64,000 nucleotides of DNA from Bugula neritina. Lineage: Eukaryota > Animalia > Bryozoa. The position numbers and the translations under genes were made by a program. This document shows positions 1-12,439 of this stretch, piece by piece; the first letter of the stretch is position 1, and each line of letters begins with the position of its first letter. The notes beneath the pieces are model-generated. The model did no database searches. It was not told the DNA's origin and worked only from the letters and a program-made list of their open reading frames with translations. The DNA is taken from contig OZ037766.1 in NCBI GenBank assembly GCA_964035545.1, positions 6,934,722 to 6,998,721 on the forward strand, read 5' to 3'.

Positions 1-50
1 TACTATTCAAACTTTAAAAATAGAATGAAACAAATATAATATACACTTAC

Positions 51-1748
51 TAAGGAGATTGGCATGGGTCTTTTGGCTTGTATGACCACAGGTTGAACAG
101 AATCACTTATACTGAACTGCCATGAGCTAAAATTGTTTGTGAAAATTATTTTTTTATGCGCGTCTAAAAACAGTATTCATGAACATGAACTATGTAAAGT
201 ATATATGTTATATAAAAAAATTATGACAATTCAAGATATGTCTTATGGAGGGAAAATTTGATAGGCTAACCTGAACTTTAACAAGCCATGCTTCCCAGAA
301 GTGGGAACACCCTCAGGCCTAGTAAACAAAGGGACGCTAGTATCTGAAACACATCATAGACTAGTAGATTCAGTTTGCATAAAACAAAATAATTATGTGC
401 TACTATACAGAACTTAATATCTCTGCCTAACATATAACAAGCAGTGGCTGTTCTATAACAAAACTAGTATGATAAATTTTAGCCTTTTTGCTAATTTACT
501 GCAATATAATGGGTACATTAAATATACAAGATAATACAAGATAAGAGTTACAGCACACAACTGCGCTGTAGACATAATAGTCTTATAATAGACTAGCGTG
601 AAAACACAGAACTTATGGCATTAGTTGTACTAAAGCAACTCAACAGATTTTGTTTACTTTTATTCTAGTGAGGTTGACCTGTAAGTATGTCAAATAAAGG
701 TACACTACACATTACTAAGTGAATAGATGCTGTGAGAGTTCAAACTCCAATATTAGTGTGCTATTTATTCATGCTAATATACATGTAGCTAAATAATGAT
801 ATACCTACATAGAAAAAAGTATGGAAGAATGGGTGACAAACTACTTGTATTATACAATGTTGTGTTACTCACATTGGCACAAGGACTTGGCATTCTGTAA
901 AAAACTCGTTCTAGAGCCTTCTTCAGTCAAATCTTTCAGCCCAAGCAACATTGACAAAAATGGAGGTAATCCCCACTCATTTGCCTGAAGTACACAAATA
1001 CACATAAAAAACTCCAATAGCTCACCTTGGATTCTTTATGTAGATTCACAAAGCACTTCAGTTGTTCAACAACAAATATATCGGACATTTGCATTCCTAC
1101 TTGACGTGACTCAAAACAGCGACTCAAGTAAACTAACTGGAAGTAAACTAACCATAATGTTTGGTTGTATGAGACTAAACATTAGTCTGTCAACTGGTGA
1201 TATATAATTACAGACAACCACAGAGCAAGTATCTCTCCTGTTTACCTCGTCCTTCACCTTAACCACTAGACCACACAGAGTTAGCATAACTCTCATCACA
1301 CATCTACAGTACATAAGCAAACTCCAGCAGGCATAATAACTGTCGAAAATACACTTCATTCTTCTCCTTTCAAATAAAGATAGCAAAAAGGTAAACTAGT
1401 GACAGAGAATGATGCAATTATGTGCAGTTGGCAATACACACCTTCCAACCGATGTGCTGCTGGGAAATGCAAATGATATGACGTAAATGTGGAAAAGCAT
1501 ACATATTCTGATAATGGTAAGCACACAGCCAAGTGGAGTGTATAATCCAATAAGTAGAGTGTCCTTCACACTGCCATGCACTCTGGAATAGATTTTGAAT
1601 ATCGGTTATGGAGAGGCCCACCCACAGATGTACTTTTTAAACCAAGACACACAAAATAATTACACTTGAGAAAATACTGAATATTTAAGTTAATTCACCT
1701 AGTATTTTGAAAATTCTTCAGTAAATCTGCATCACTCAGTGGTGCCAT
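51..1748 (-). CDS. AUP1: Ancient ubiquitous protein 1 (lipid-droplet, acyltransferase-like); first six coding exons, continues beyond the left edge
   Basis: Phase-consistent GT-AG exons 1748-1699, 1582-1442, 1303-1153, 984-873, 343-271, 126-51. Translation MAPLSDADLLKNFQNTR-VHGSVKDTLLIGLYTPLGCVLTIIRICMLFHIYVISFAFP...CVMRVMLTLCGLVV...VVVCNYISPVD...PLFTRPEGVPTSGKHGLLKFSSWQFSISDSVQPVVIQAKRP. This parallels the AUP1 motifs LLLYAPVG..LRL, NHVTPFD and PLLLFPEE.ATNGREGLLRFSSWPFSIQDVVQP (recalled). Confidence 0.9.
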
Positions 1749-2417
1749 TGCTGCTAGCTTCAACCAATCAGCTGTTACTCAACTAATAGCATTCAGACAT
1801 CAGAGGTGTTTGGTGAAAACTTTCATGGAATATTATATAGAATTAACAATACAAACATTGACTAATACTGATGCCTATGAATATCTGCAACTAAAAGAGA
1901 AAACATTTTACATTATAAAAAGTAATGCTTGTATAATTCTTACTGTAAACAGACTGCACAAACATTACCCACATGCACAGAGCACAAGTTATGTGTATAT
2001 AAAAAGAAAGAATGGGAACAGCAGAATATGAGTAATACTAATAGCACTTATGAAAGCACCAAATTACAGTGGTATATCAGCCTAGGTCATGAACAGTAAC
2101 TCTACAAAATAGTCAAATGACTTAAGCAGGCAAGTCAATGGATTGATACTGACAAAGTGGACTTGGGGCTTTACAGACTCTATTTATGTCAGGTTTACAG
2201 TCCAGAGATACATTTATAGACACTTGAATAATCTGTTTTTTATTTTATACAATTATACTAAATCTTATTCGTATACTAATACAGTAACAGTAAATGTACT
2301 ACTAGTAACAGTATAATAGTAACAGTGATACTACTAAGACAGCAAAACTAAATTCGTGAAAACAAAGTTACTGTAATACTAAGGTTTCATCCCACTTGGG
2401 CGCTTTTTTATTTTTGT

Positions 2418-2420
<3 letters not shown>

Positions 2421-2481
<61 letters not shown>
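2421..2481. repeat. (TA)n microsatellite
   Basis: About 30 perfect AT dinucleotide units. Confidence 0.95.
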
Positions 2482-2484
<3 letters not shown>

Positions 2485-3539
2485 ATATACATATATAACT
2501 GTTGTGTTTACTGCTAAACAAGAAATAAGCTACTAAGCCAGCTATTTGCTTCAACTCAATACTAATTTAGCTACAGTTTATTTTATCCAGGTTTTTGGTA
2601 CGAAAAGCACGTTGGACAAAAAATTTTCAAGTAGCAATATTTTACACGGTTTTATGAGTTCATTTTAGTTTTTTAGTTTATAAAAAAAGGCTATAAAAGG
2701 ATTTATAAAATATCATGGAACCAACAACAGCTATCAAAAAGGTTTGTGCAAGATGGCTTCTTATAGAAGCAATTTTACTGTAAGTGCCTTGCTGATGGCT
2801 TCTTTGTTTTCTATTATGTGCTAAATAATAGCATAAAATACATTTATTACACTAAAATCTATAAATAGTGTCTAAGTTGGATGACACCAATACTAATACT
2901 AATAGTATTATTAATAGTAATACTAGTTATTAATTAGATTTACTTTTAGTAATTTACAGATTGAAATTCAAATTGAAATTGACTAAATTAAAGTTTACAC
3001 TTTCAAGATAGCTTTCACAGGAAGCTTTACTTTGACTTTTAGTTTATTTTCACCTCAAGCTTATGACTTATCATTATCATTATCATTATGATTGTCACTG
3101 TTAGTGGTTAAAGATCAAAATTTTCACTAAATTAAATCAATCTCATTATAATTATGATATGTTATGTTAATCAGTACCGGGTTATAATTATGAAATTCAA
3201 GTTTAACTTTAAATTTAAGTTATAAAACTTTGATAATAATTAAAACTATTACTAATAGTAATAATATTAATAATAATAAGAACAATACTAAATCTAATAC
3301 TAATACTAATACTAATAGTAATACTAATAGTAATACTAATACTTGTAGCCTACAGTTATACTTATACTAATACTAATCCTGACAAGAAATTTTAGAGACT
3401 GAAACTGAGAAATTTTACTACATTTCAAAAAATACATGTAATTAAAATAGAACCCTTAACAAAATATTCAGAACAATAATGATTATTATAATTATAAATA
3501 TAATTAAAAGTCCATTTTCATTTTGAAGTTCACCCTTCA

Positions 3540-3870
3540 ACACCAAAGAGCTTTAAGTTGCGCAGTTAAATAAAAACGCACGCAAGTATCGGCGTATAAC
3601 ACCGCTATTTATAGGTAATGCTATCCGTATAATATTTTGGTCTATAAACCATATGCGAGCGTGAGCCACAGTTGTACATAATATATATATTTGTTATCAT
3701 TTAAATCGTGAGCAATCCTTAGTTCAACGAATGCGACATTCATATTAATACATTATTCGTACTAAAGCTTAGCCCTGTTGTCTTGCTGCAATCTACTTTA
3801 AAGCTGATCTGCATTAACGTTGAATTTTTTTTTAAAAATTGAAATTTAGCGTTTGATTTTTTTATTAAAA
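3540..3870. promoter_or_regulatory. Probable bidirectional promoter between AUP1 and TAF1B
   Basis: Local CpG/CGCA enrichment in otherwise CpG-poor DNA just upstream of the TAF1B ATG. The first AUP1 coding exon is preceded by an acceptor (~1772), implying an upstream 5'UTR exon. TSS positions are not observable. Confidence 0.4.
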
Positions 3871-3876
3871 ATCAAA

Positions 3877-6800
3877 ATGATCAAGTGCTTGGTATGTGAA
3901 GGCACTAGTTTTTACAATGCCAACGGGCTTTACTTCTGCAAAATCTGTGATACACAAACTATTGTAAGTAATATATTTGATATCGTACTTTCAATTTGCT
4001 TTTTAGCTTCTAATTTTTTTGTATTTGGTAACTGGTAGTGGTAGTAGTAGTAGTAGTAGTACTAGTAGTAGCAGTAGTAGTAGTACTGGTAGTAGTAGTG
4101 TAAGTGTTAGCAGTAGTAGTAGTAGTAGTGGTAGATGTAGTGGTAGTGGTACTAGTAGTAGCAGTACTAGTAGTAGTAGTAGCAGTACTAGTAGTAGTAG
4201 TGGTAGTAGTAGTAGTAGAACTATAAATAGTAGTAGTAGTATAACTATAAGTTGTAGTAGACATAGTACTAGTAGTACTAGTAGTAGTAAGGCTAGTAAT
4301 ACTAGCAGTACTACTACTAGTAGCAGTACTAGTAAGTGCAACGCTAACTGTACAAACAGGCTAGCTAAGTATTTTACAGGTTCAAGTTTTAATTTATTCT
4401 TGATCACAAGCATAATTTCTGTTTCACTTTTCTTGCCACCTAGAAATTTGAATTTAATAAGCTAATAGTTGTCAAACTTAAGTAGGGCCTAATACAAGTA
4501 TTAGTTTTCAGCAAAACTTAAAAATCTACTCATATTCATATTGGCTTTAGTTGCTTCAAGTACTTCAAGACTTTTTTCCTGCTTGAAGCAATATTTGACA
4601 TGTCATTGCTTAAAGTTTAAACCCAGCGTCATTCAATAAATGCGCAAAATCTGCACTTTAGGAATTTCACGAAGAAGAGGATCTCCAAGTTCAAGGCCAG
4701 TCTGAGGAGGGAGTGCCTGGTAATCAAATAGTGGGAGCCAGAATAACTCAACCTTCTCAGTCTCAGCAGCTGAATGACTGTGTTACAGAGGAAAACAATA
4801 TTACTGTTCTTCAGCAAGCTAAAGATGTTGTCAAAGAGAAATGTATGCACATGCACAAGATAACATATATAATTCTAAATTCTATATTCTTGCAATTATT
4901 TTAAGGTATATGACAATGATTTAATTGCACACGTGTATGTTTGTATAATAGTACACCCATTTCACAAAATATGAAAAAGTAAGTTCCATGTGTGATATTT
5001 TTGCTTTGACCTTTTAATATTGAGCAATTTTTTCCTTCATTAGGGGTAGGAAGGAACTTTCATACTCACCAGTTATACGAACAGCTAATTGAAAGTGTGT
5101 TTACGATCAACTGTTGTATCTGTCAGTGAAATTCTAAGAAAATTGATATTTTTTACTTAATGATGAATTAACAGTTATTGATTTTGTTTCCAGGCGATGC
5201 CGGCAGACCTTTCACAACCTTTGAAGTGTTTCAGCTGATTCTTTCCTCGCAGACTAATGAACTGTTGAAATATGGATTTCCAGCTATCTTAAGAGTTAGT
5301 GAAAATACTTTTTACTGCATTCAAAGGGCCAAATATTTATGTTGAAGTATATAAACTTATTGGCCGTGTTTTATAGTGAACCTTTGAAAATTGTTTTACT
5401 TTTGGAGTTGCTGTCTCGTTTTTATAGCAAAGAGTATTCAAGATTTGGTGCATCTACTTGTCAGAGCTTGGCGAAGCCTTCACCAGCAAAAAGAACTATA
5501 AACTCGACATGCCACATGTGCGGGAAAGGTAAGGAGCAACATAGATGAAGTAAAATTTATGACAACTCCCAGCTTTCTTATATAGTACTAGAAGTGTTTG
5601 TACGGCTTTGGTATATATTTTATGTTGCCTATCTAGGCACACTAGAAGCTGTAATGTCTTATAAAGAATGCAATTATCTAATTATTGTAGTTTTGCCCAA
5701 CTCTGCGCCACAATTTAGGTTTTGCACATTTTAATTTACAGAGATGCTTCCAGACTAACGAAAGAGTCCACACCTGCGTTTTGTAAAAGAAAACTGGTAA
5801 GAATTTTGTACTCAATGGAACAAATATTTCATGTCATTGTGTTACGTTTTGTTTTTAGATGTTTTATTAATACATTCATTGATGTTTTTCAGTTAATTAT
5901 TCTTTTGGGTTTCTTGAAAATATTTTTATTTGAAATTTTGTGTGAATTTATTAACTTTAAAATTCTGACTGTAGTAGTCCATTGACCTGTTATAGTGTTG
6001 AATATGATTCAACTATCATTTAGGTTCAAGACTATGAAGAAGTCAAAGATAACCACACCCCTCAATTTAAAGTGCCTCTAAGTCAGGTTAGCTTACTACG
6101 CTATTTAATTATTCTGTTTCTTTTAATATGAAATTTGTAACTTGTAGTTGTCTACTGCTGGTATACACTTGCCATTATCACCTATTATAAGATCTTACAG
6201 CTAAGAGGCTTCTACTCTTTCTTTCTGTTAATACCACATCTCCAGTGTACTGTTGGGTTAATTGTTAGGTATATTTCAGGGTACAGGTGAAAATTACAAC
6301 ACCAAGTATGCCCCAAACAGACTCAACATGAATACATTGCTGTGTATACTTTACCTCGGTATTAGCCTCACTAACCCTATCTACACCATCAGCGATATTA
6401 TCAGGTGCCGTCTCTCATACTATCCATCTAATGATTTAGTTCTTGCAATTTACTTGCCGTATAGTAAACTTAATAATTTATTAACTGTAGCTGTGTGAAA
6501 CAAGTACAGATTTGGAAGCCACATGCAATTAGTTTTGTCCCGTGCGTTTTTTTTATTTAGTAAGAGTTGCCTTCTGCTGTTGAACATAGTAAACATTTTG
6601 CTCGTAGCTGTTATATGATATTTTGTTTTTCCATTTGCAGGTGGATCAAAGAGGGAAGAATTCCATATTTCAATGCTGACAAAGCGTTGCCAAAAGATAT
6701 TAAATTTGTGAGAAAGGATCACAACATGTTCAGTCACTTGGTAAGCATAAAACAAAGAATAAATTATATTGCAGACCAACTTTGAATACTGCATTTTTGT

Positions 6801-9800
6801 AGATTTTAGGCTATCCAAATTAATGATGAAAATTATTGAATTATTTCGGGATGTATAATTTATTTATTGCTAATTTATTAGATCTATTAATTTACTTTAC
6901 TACAATAAGATATAAATATGTTCCGACCTGCTGTAAATATAGTATTTTATAATAATTTTTGATGTTGTACAAGGGTATTCATTGTTGACAAGTTGATGAA
7001 TATTTCTTGTTGATAACCGGTTATGATGTCATGATGTCATAAGGGCAGTGTACACTCCCTGTTGTAATGACGTCATAGTGACAGTGGGCTGTGTCTATTT
7101 CCTGTTGTAATGACATCATACCTACTATGGTCTAGGTTCTGCCTACTCATTACACTCTAAGAATTCTCACCGCCAACATAGCAAGATATCTTAAGTTTGG
7201 AAATGAAGATTTTCCTGCTATGAACGTTGAGAAGCTGTGCATCAAGTACATTATTATGCTCAACCTACCTGGTGAGTATACACCCGAGTTTCTCTCAACT
7301 ATATTTAAGTACAGGCTGCGTGCTATTCCTCACAGGGAAGGAAGGCTTGTGTTATGTAGCATCTGTACATTTTGTGATATATCATGTGACTATACAAAAT
7401 CGTTTCGTGGCTTTAAATTTTTGAGGTTACTGAAATCCTTTCTTATGTGTTTATATTATTTCTTCTTGAAGGATAAAATAGTGTTACATCATGTTGTGTT
7501 ATTGTTAGTCAGTGTTGTTAGTGTGAATTGGCAGGTTATTCGTATTCTAGATTCAGCTCATGTAATTTAATAGAGTACCTAAATTCTTAATATGTGAAAT
7601 AGAGAATCTCTTCTATAACTATTAACAAGACAAACTACTCTCCTTTGTGAAAATTCCTGTACTGAAAACTTAGACAAGAATAATAATAGGCACACAACTT
7701 CTAATTACAAAGGTTCATGTCTACGACAAAGCTCCATTCCACTACACTTTTAAATTAATTTCAAATTTAAGAAAATTTGATCTAGTTTTGTGTTTTCCTA
7801 ATAACTTAAACAATACTGTTAGCTCATTAGTTGACACTGCTAATTGTGCTGATGATTTAAACATGTTTATGTGTTTAGAAATAGTGATGGAGTGATGTGA
7901 ATAGCAAAATGATTGACAGTGTTGAACTATTTTATCAGTATAGTAGCAGTAACCTATGCCAAGTTCAACCTGTAGACTGTACATAGACTGTACATAGACT
8001 GTATATAGAATGTACATAGACTGTACATAGAATGCACATAGACTGTACATAGACTGTATATAGACTGTTCATAGACTGTTCATAGACTGTACATAGACTG
8101 TATATAGACTGTTCATAGACTGTTCATAGACTGTATATAGACTGTACATAGACTGTACATAGACTGTATATAGACTGTATATAGACTGTATATAGACTGT
8201 ATATAGACTGTACATAGACTGTACATAGACTGTATATAGGTTGAACTGTGTTGTGCATTTATTCAGGAGAGTTGGTAGGTTTGGCTATCAACCTAATCAG
8301 ATCCAAGAGACCACATCTTCGCTTCACTCCGTTCAATCCCGAACTTCGTATGATTGGAGTGCCTCTGTATGAAGCTGTTGCTCTCACCTACATTATCATT
8401 GCGCTTAGAGACCTGTTTGGCTTCCACAACCGTCTGCAACAGTAAGAATTTGTGTATCTCTTGATCACTTGTTTTTTAGTCAATATACTTCGGGCACCTG
8501 TTTTCCGTGTCATGGCTTTTAGAATGTTTAGTGTTTATGCAGGTGGTCCTATGCTGTAATATTGACAATGTATGCTGTTGTAGGCATCTAAGTGAATATG
8601 CTGACAAGTTACAGAAGGACTTACCCACAGACGCTCCTCCACTATTCAACGTTGAGAAATGGATGCAGTACCAACTCTCTTCTAGGGATAAACTGATGGA
8701 TTTACCTCAAAGTAATTTGTATGTGTCGAATTATCAATTGTTCATTATATGTTTTTGTGTGTGTAAATCGGAGGCATTATTTAATTTTATTCGAGTTTAC
8801 CAAGGCTGCATTTTAATTTGCTTTAGAGTGACCAGATATATTCTATATTTGTGGTTACCAATCAAACACTAGACAACAGTTCATATATAGCTCAGCAATT
8901 CATCAAGTTGTCTAATTTTGGAGACCAATATTGGGGCTCCGTTTTTCTTTGTACAAAGACTTGTACATTCCAAGCTATCATGGTGAAATCATTTGCTGTG
9001 TGTAGAACTTTAAAATTACAACTTCGTTACTTAGTAACAGAGATAAGGACTGTCCTGTTCCCCAACTTTACCAAATTTGCTGCATTGGCTAAGCAATTGG
9101 TAGAATCATCCCATTAAATTACCCAACTCATTTCGAGTAGTATTACAGCTATGCTGTTTCCCCAAGTGATTTCAAGTAGTATTATAGTTATAAATATTGT
9201 TTTCTGTTAATCTGGCACACAGGGATACGCAACGCTTGAGCTCGCTCAATCTCTCACTCAAGTCTTATACGACGATCGCTCCACCAGCGTCAAGATTTGC
9301 CTCCACAAAAGGAATTCTGTCGCAGCAAATTAATCGCGAGACCACCAGGAAACAACTCCTAACCGTCACAGAGCGTTTGGCTTTGGAAGTAAATGCTATT
9401 AAAGGGCAGAAACAGGCAGCAGATATTCAACATGAAGAGGTACCTTTTAGTTGTCGCATAGATCATTCTTTCTCATGAAATTTAAATCAATATGTTGTTT
9501 CTTAGTTTAGCAAGAGGATATATATGATAGTGTAACACATGAATTTAATGTAGCATAGCACAATATATGATGTTCTTTATCCAATATTAAGTTTGAAATG
9601 TCAGATATTTGTTTTTCTGTCAAGTTAAGTTCATGAAGTTTTGTAATACAATATTATTTTTCACACTTTCAGTTGTTTCAAGTCATCAGGTTCAAAACTC
9701 ATGATGGTAAAATTTTTAAGCTTACTAAGGATTGTCTCTCTCATCCTGGCAGCATGGTTTTACAGCTTATACAGCTTTAGAGCAATTATGGCTGGGTGCC

Positions 9801-11581
9801 TTTTCTAACATTACTAATGGCCCTACAGGGGTTTAAACCTACAACCTATCACCAGCATTCCAACCACTAGACCCCGCTTCTCTCACAACATACCTTGTTT
9901 ATTTTACTATGTATGTAGAACGTAGATGACGATGATGGAACTAGTGTGGTGTCTACTCATCTTTCAACTAATACATCTTGGAGTCAGCCCGGAGCTACCA
10001 GTACTCAACGCCAACATGAGACTAGTGTCCGCTCTGAAGAAAAGTTAGATGAAGTACCTGAGGCTACAGACTTCCGACCTCATACCTTGCAGTATCTGCT
10101 TCACCACAAGAGTTTCTGTGAAAAGCATTGCCTGTTTACTGACAAGTATAAATACAAGACAGTCAAAGAGCATGTTGAAATGGTTAGACAACTCCCATGT
10201 AATATAATATTCATGCTTATAATGGACTGTGTTGAAATTGCGTTTCTGATTTCTTAAGTTTAGAGTTAGTTGGTTGACCTTCTCGAAATCGCTATGTTTA
10301 GAGCGCAAAGATTTACTACAGCTGCTGTATTATTTTGTAACTGATGGTAGACCATAGGGCATGCAGTTGGTTACGAAAGTTGCTAAGCATACCACACTTG
10401 CGTAATAGTTGAATGAAACAACATAAGAACTAAAGCTATGTAGCTGTACATGTTGAGTAATTCAGAGATTGTACAGTGTATCAGCCAAATAAGAAAGTGG
10501 GCCGTTGCTTAGCCATTATGCTACAGTGGAAGTTGTATGCCCTCCTACTAATCTAGTGGTGCTTGTGTACCCTATGAGACATCATCCAGGTTCTTCAAGG
10601 GCTCTTCTTTGCTAGCAAGTGTCTGGATTCTTTAATGGTCACTCACAGGGAATATATCTGTAATTTGTCAACATATATTTTGTTTCTTAGATATACATAC
10701 TCTTCGGCCTTATTTCAATTGCTTGTATAGCTTTACAGCTGTACAGGGGCTTGAGTTGTAGGCCAATGTACTCCTAGAACCAAGCTTTATGAAACCTGCT
10801 GTTTAGAATCTGATTTTCTATTTTATTTCATTATATTATTTTATTAGAATTCAGGTGCTGAGGATTTTTTAATCAAATTGTTATATTTCCCATTTGCATG
10901 TTTTATATGACTGCAGTACACAGGAACTGACTATTCACACCGTGTAACTCAAGCACTCATGTCATCTGGTAACTACAAAGAAGTCAGCAAAGAGGAGTTT
11001 GACCAATCACCTGCACTTAACGCTTTATTTCTCGTGAGTTAATCGTTATGCTGAGTGATTTTAATAAACTTGAGATTGTTTTATTTGCGGTGACAAAATA
11101 TCTTTGTCGTTTTTCAGAAGATCATTTGGCATACCAAGGAATTGTTTAATTCAATAGAGAAGGTTGTAAGTGCAATGAAACCTTTCAACAGGGATATGGA
11201 CATAGTGTTTCGAAATTTGTTGTGGGTAGTGTTATCAATCTTGCTCCTTCGGATTATATATTACTGTGTCATTTATACCCTTGCCTAATAGATTTTAAAC
11301 CATAAACTCCTTTTGGATTCACATGTTGCCATTTATATACGTTTTAGATATGCGCAGACTCTTTCTTTCTGACCGTCAAGGAGCTAAAAGATGTCTACTA
11401 CGCTATAGAAGAAGCTTACATCTGCTTGCAAAATCACATCCATCCTGGCCCCTTTTCTCTACAATACATGTATTTTCCTCGACCTTTGAAATCTTCTCAA
11501 AAGGGGAAAAAGAAAGCAGTAGTAGATGATGCTGATGTGAAATCATCAAGTGATTCTGACGATGAGAAAGAATTATGTTGA
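3877..11581 (+). CDS. TAF1B: RNA polymerase I TBP-associated factor B (TAF1B/RRN7), ~15 exons
   Basis: Exon 1 (3877-3963) is a zinc ribbon, MIKCLVCEGTSFYNANGLYFCKICDTQT. Later exons give QRVFKIWCIYL (~5429-5528), LCILYLGISLTNPIYTISDIIR|WIKEGRIPYFNA (6280-6404, 6641-6740) and PLYEAVALTYIIIALRDLFG (8267-8441). The last exon 11349-11581 reads ICADSFFLTVKELKDVYYAIEEAY...KELC*. All match the Rrn7/TAF1B pattern, with GT-AG junctions. Confidence 0.9.
4033..4335. repeat. Degenerate (AGT/TAG)n trinucleotide microsatellite in TAF1B intron 1
   Basis: About 300 bp of AGT/ACT/AGC triplets; source of the poly-Ser/Thr/Leu ORFs in the track. Confidence 0.9.
7970..8238. repeat. 11-bp minisatellite (ATAGACTGTAC), ~24 copies, TAF1B intron
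   Basis: Direct tandem units ending ~28 nt before the acceptor at 8266. Confidence 0.92.
9745..9882 (-). mobile_element. Diverged tRNA-derived SINE copy (related head/core, different 3' part)
   Basis: Minus strand reads GGTCTAGTGGTT (A box)...GGTTTAAACCC (decayed B box)...GGCCATTAGTAATGTTAGAAAAGGCACCCAGCCATAATTGCTC, matching the core of the other copies. Confidence 0.6.
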
Positions 11582-12439
11582 AAATATTATATTTTCCTGT
11601 TTTCTTATTTATTAACATTATTTATCCAAATTTAGACTCTTTAACTCTTTTTTTAAACGTGTTAATGTAATAATTTGGTGACCTGTAAAAAACCTACAGC
11701 GGGTTAAAGAATTTAATATTTTATTTTAATAACATAATGACCGAAAAACCCCCAGAATTTTCGAAAAGCAAACAGGTGTGACGTAATGTATAGCTTACTG
11801 TATAAATGTAAATAATAAAATAATTATACTATTAACATAAATTAAAAAATAATGTTCTTCAGAAGCACCACAAAATATATGCACAGCACTTGACAATATT
11901 CTAGTTTTTAAAAATTAATATGCTAATGTCTATGTGTTCAGGTAACATAACATAATTGGTAACGGTTTTAGTGGAACAATAATTTACAGATACAATAAAA
12001 GAAATTAACCAAGTGTTATAGGCATGCAATAAATAAAACAGGAGACCAACAAGACCATACATGTAGCAAATCTGATGGAATGTTTCAGGGGAAAAACCAC
12101 CCTATTGTCATTGATTTTAAAGAGTTAGAATAAGTACAACACATATATGGTCCATAAGAGGACTAGCATTTAAGTAAAGTTTATACTTGTTTTTCTTGGC
12201 TATAATAAGGTACATACAGGTCACATATTAGATTTGCAAATGAGTAACACGAAATGCATAACTTGGAGACATAACAATTGTAGAGAATTCATATTGCATT
12301 GAAGTAACCCTGAACAAATTTGGCAGTAAACGACAACTTGTGTTCAAAGCAAGTTGACTAGCAAAAACCGCGCATCTTCGAAATGCACAAAAATTGTCAT
12401 AGTTTTAACAAGATAGGTGAGTGATAAAACTGATATCAC

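Noticed and set aside
936-1127. ORF MSRCFESRQ... as an AUP1 exon
   Set aside because: The exon 984-873 in another frame fits splice phase and AUP1 similarity better; this ORF is mostly intronic.
4003-4465. Poly-Ser, poly-Thr and poly-Leu ORFs
   Set aside because: Artefacts of the (AGT)n microsatellite inside TAF1B intron 1.
11323-11529. Track ORF MLPFIYVLDMRR... as the TAF1B last exon
   Set aside because: Splice phase and protein plausibility favour the other frame (ICADSFF...KELC*, stop 11579-11581).
11640-11716. Possible TTAA-flanked tiny MITE (TTAACTCTTT...AAAGAATTTAA)
   Set aside because: The inverted repeat is short, imperfect and AT-rich; it cannot be distinguished from chance.
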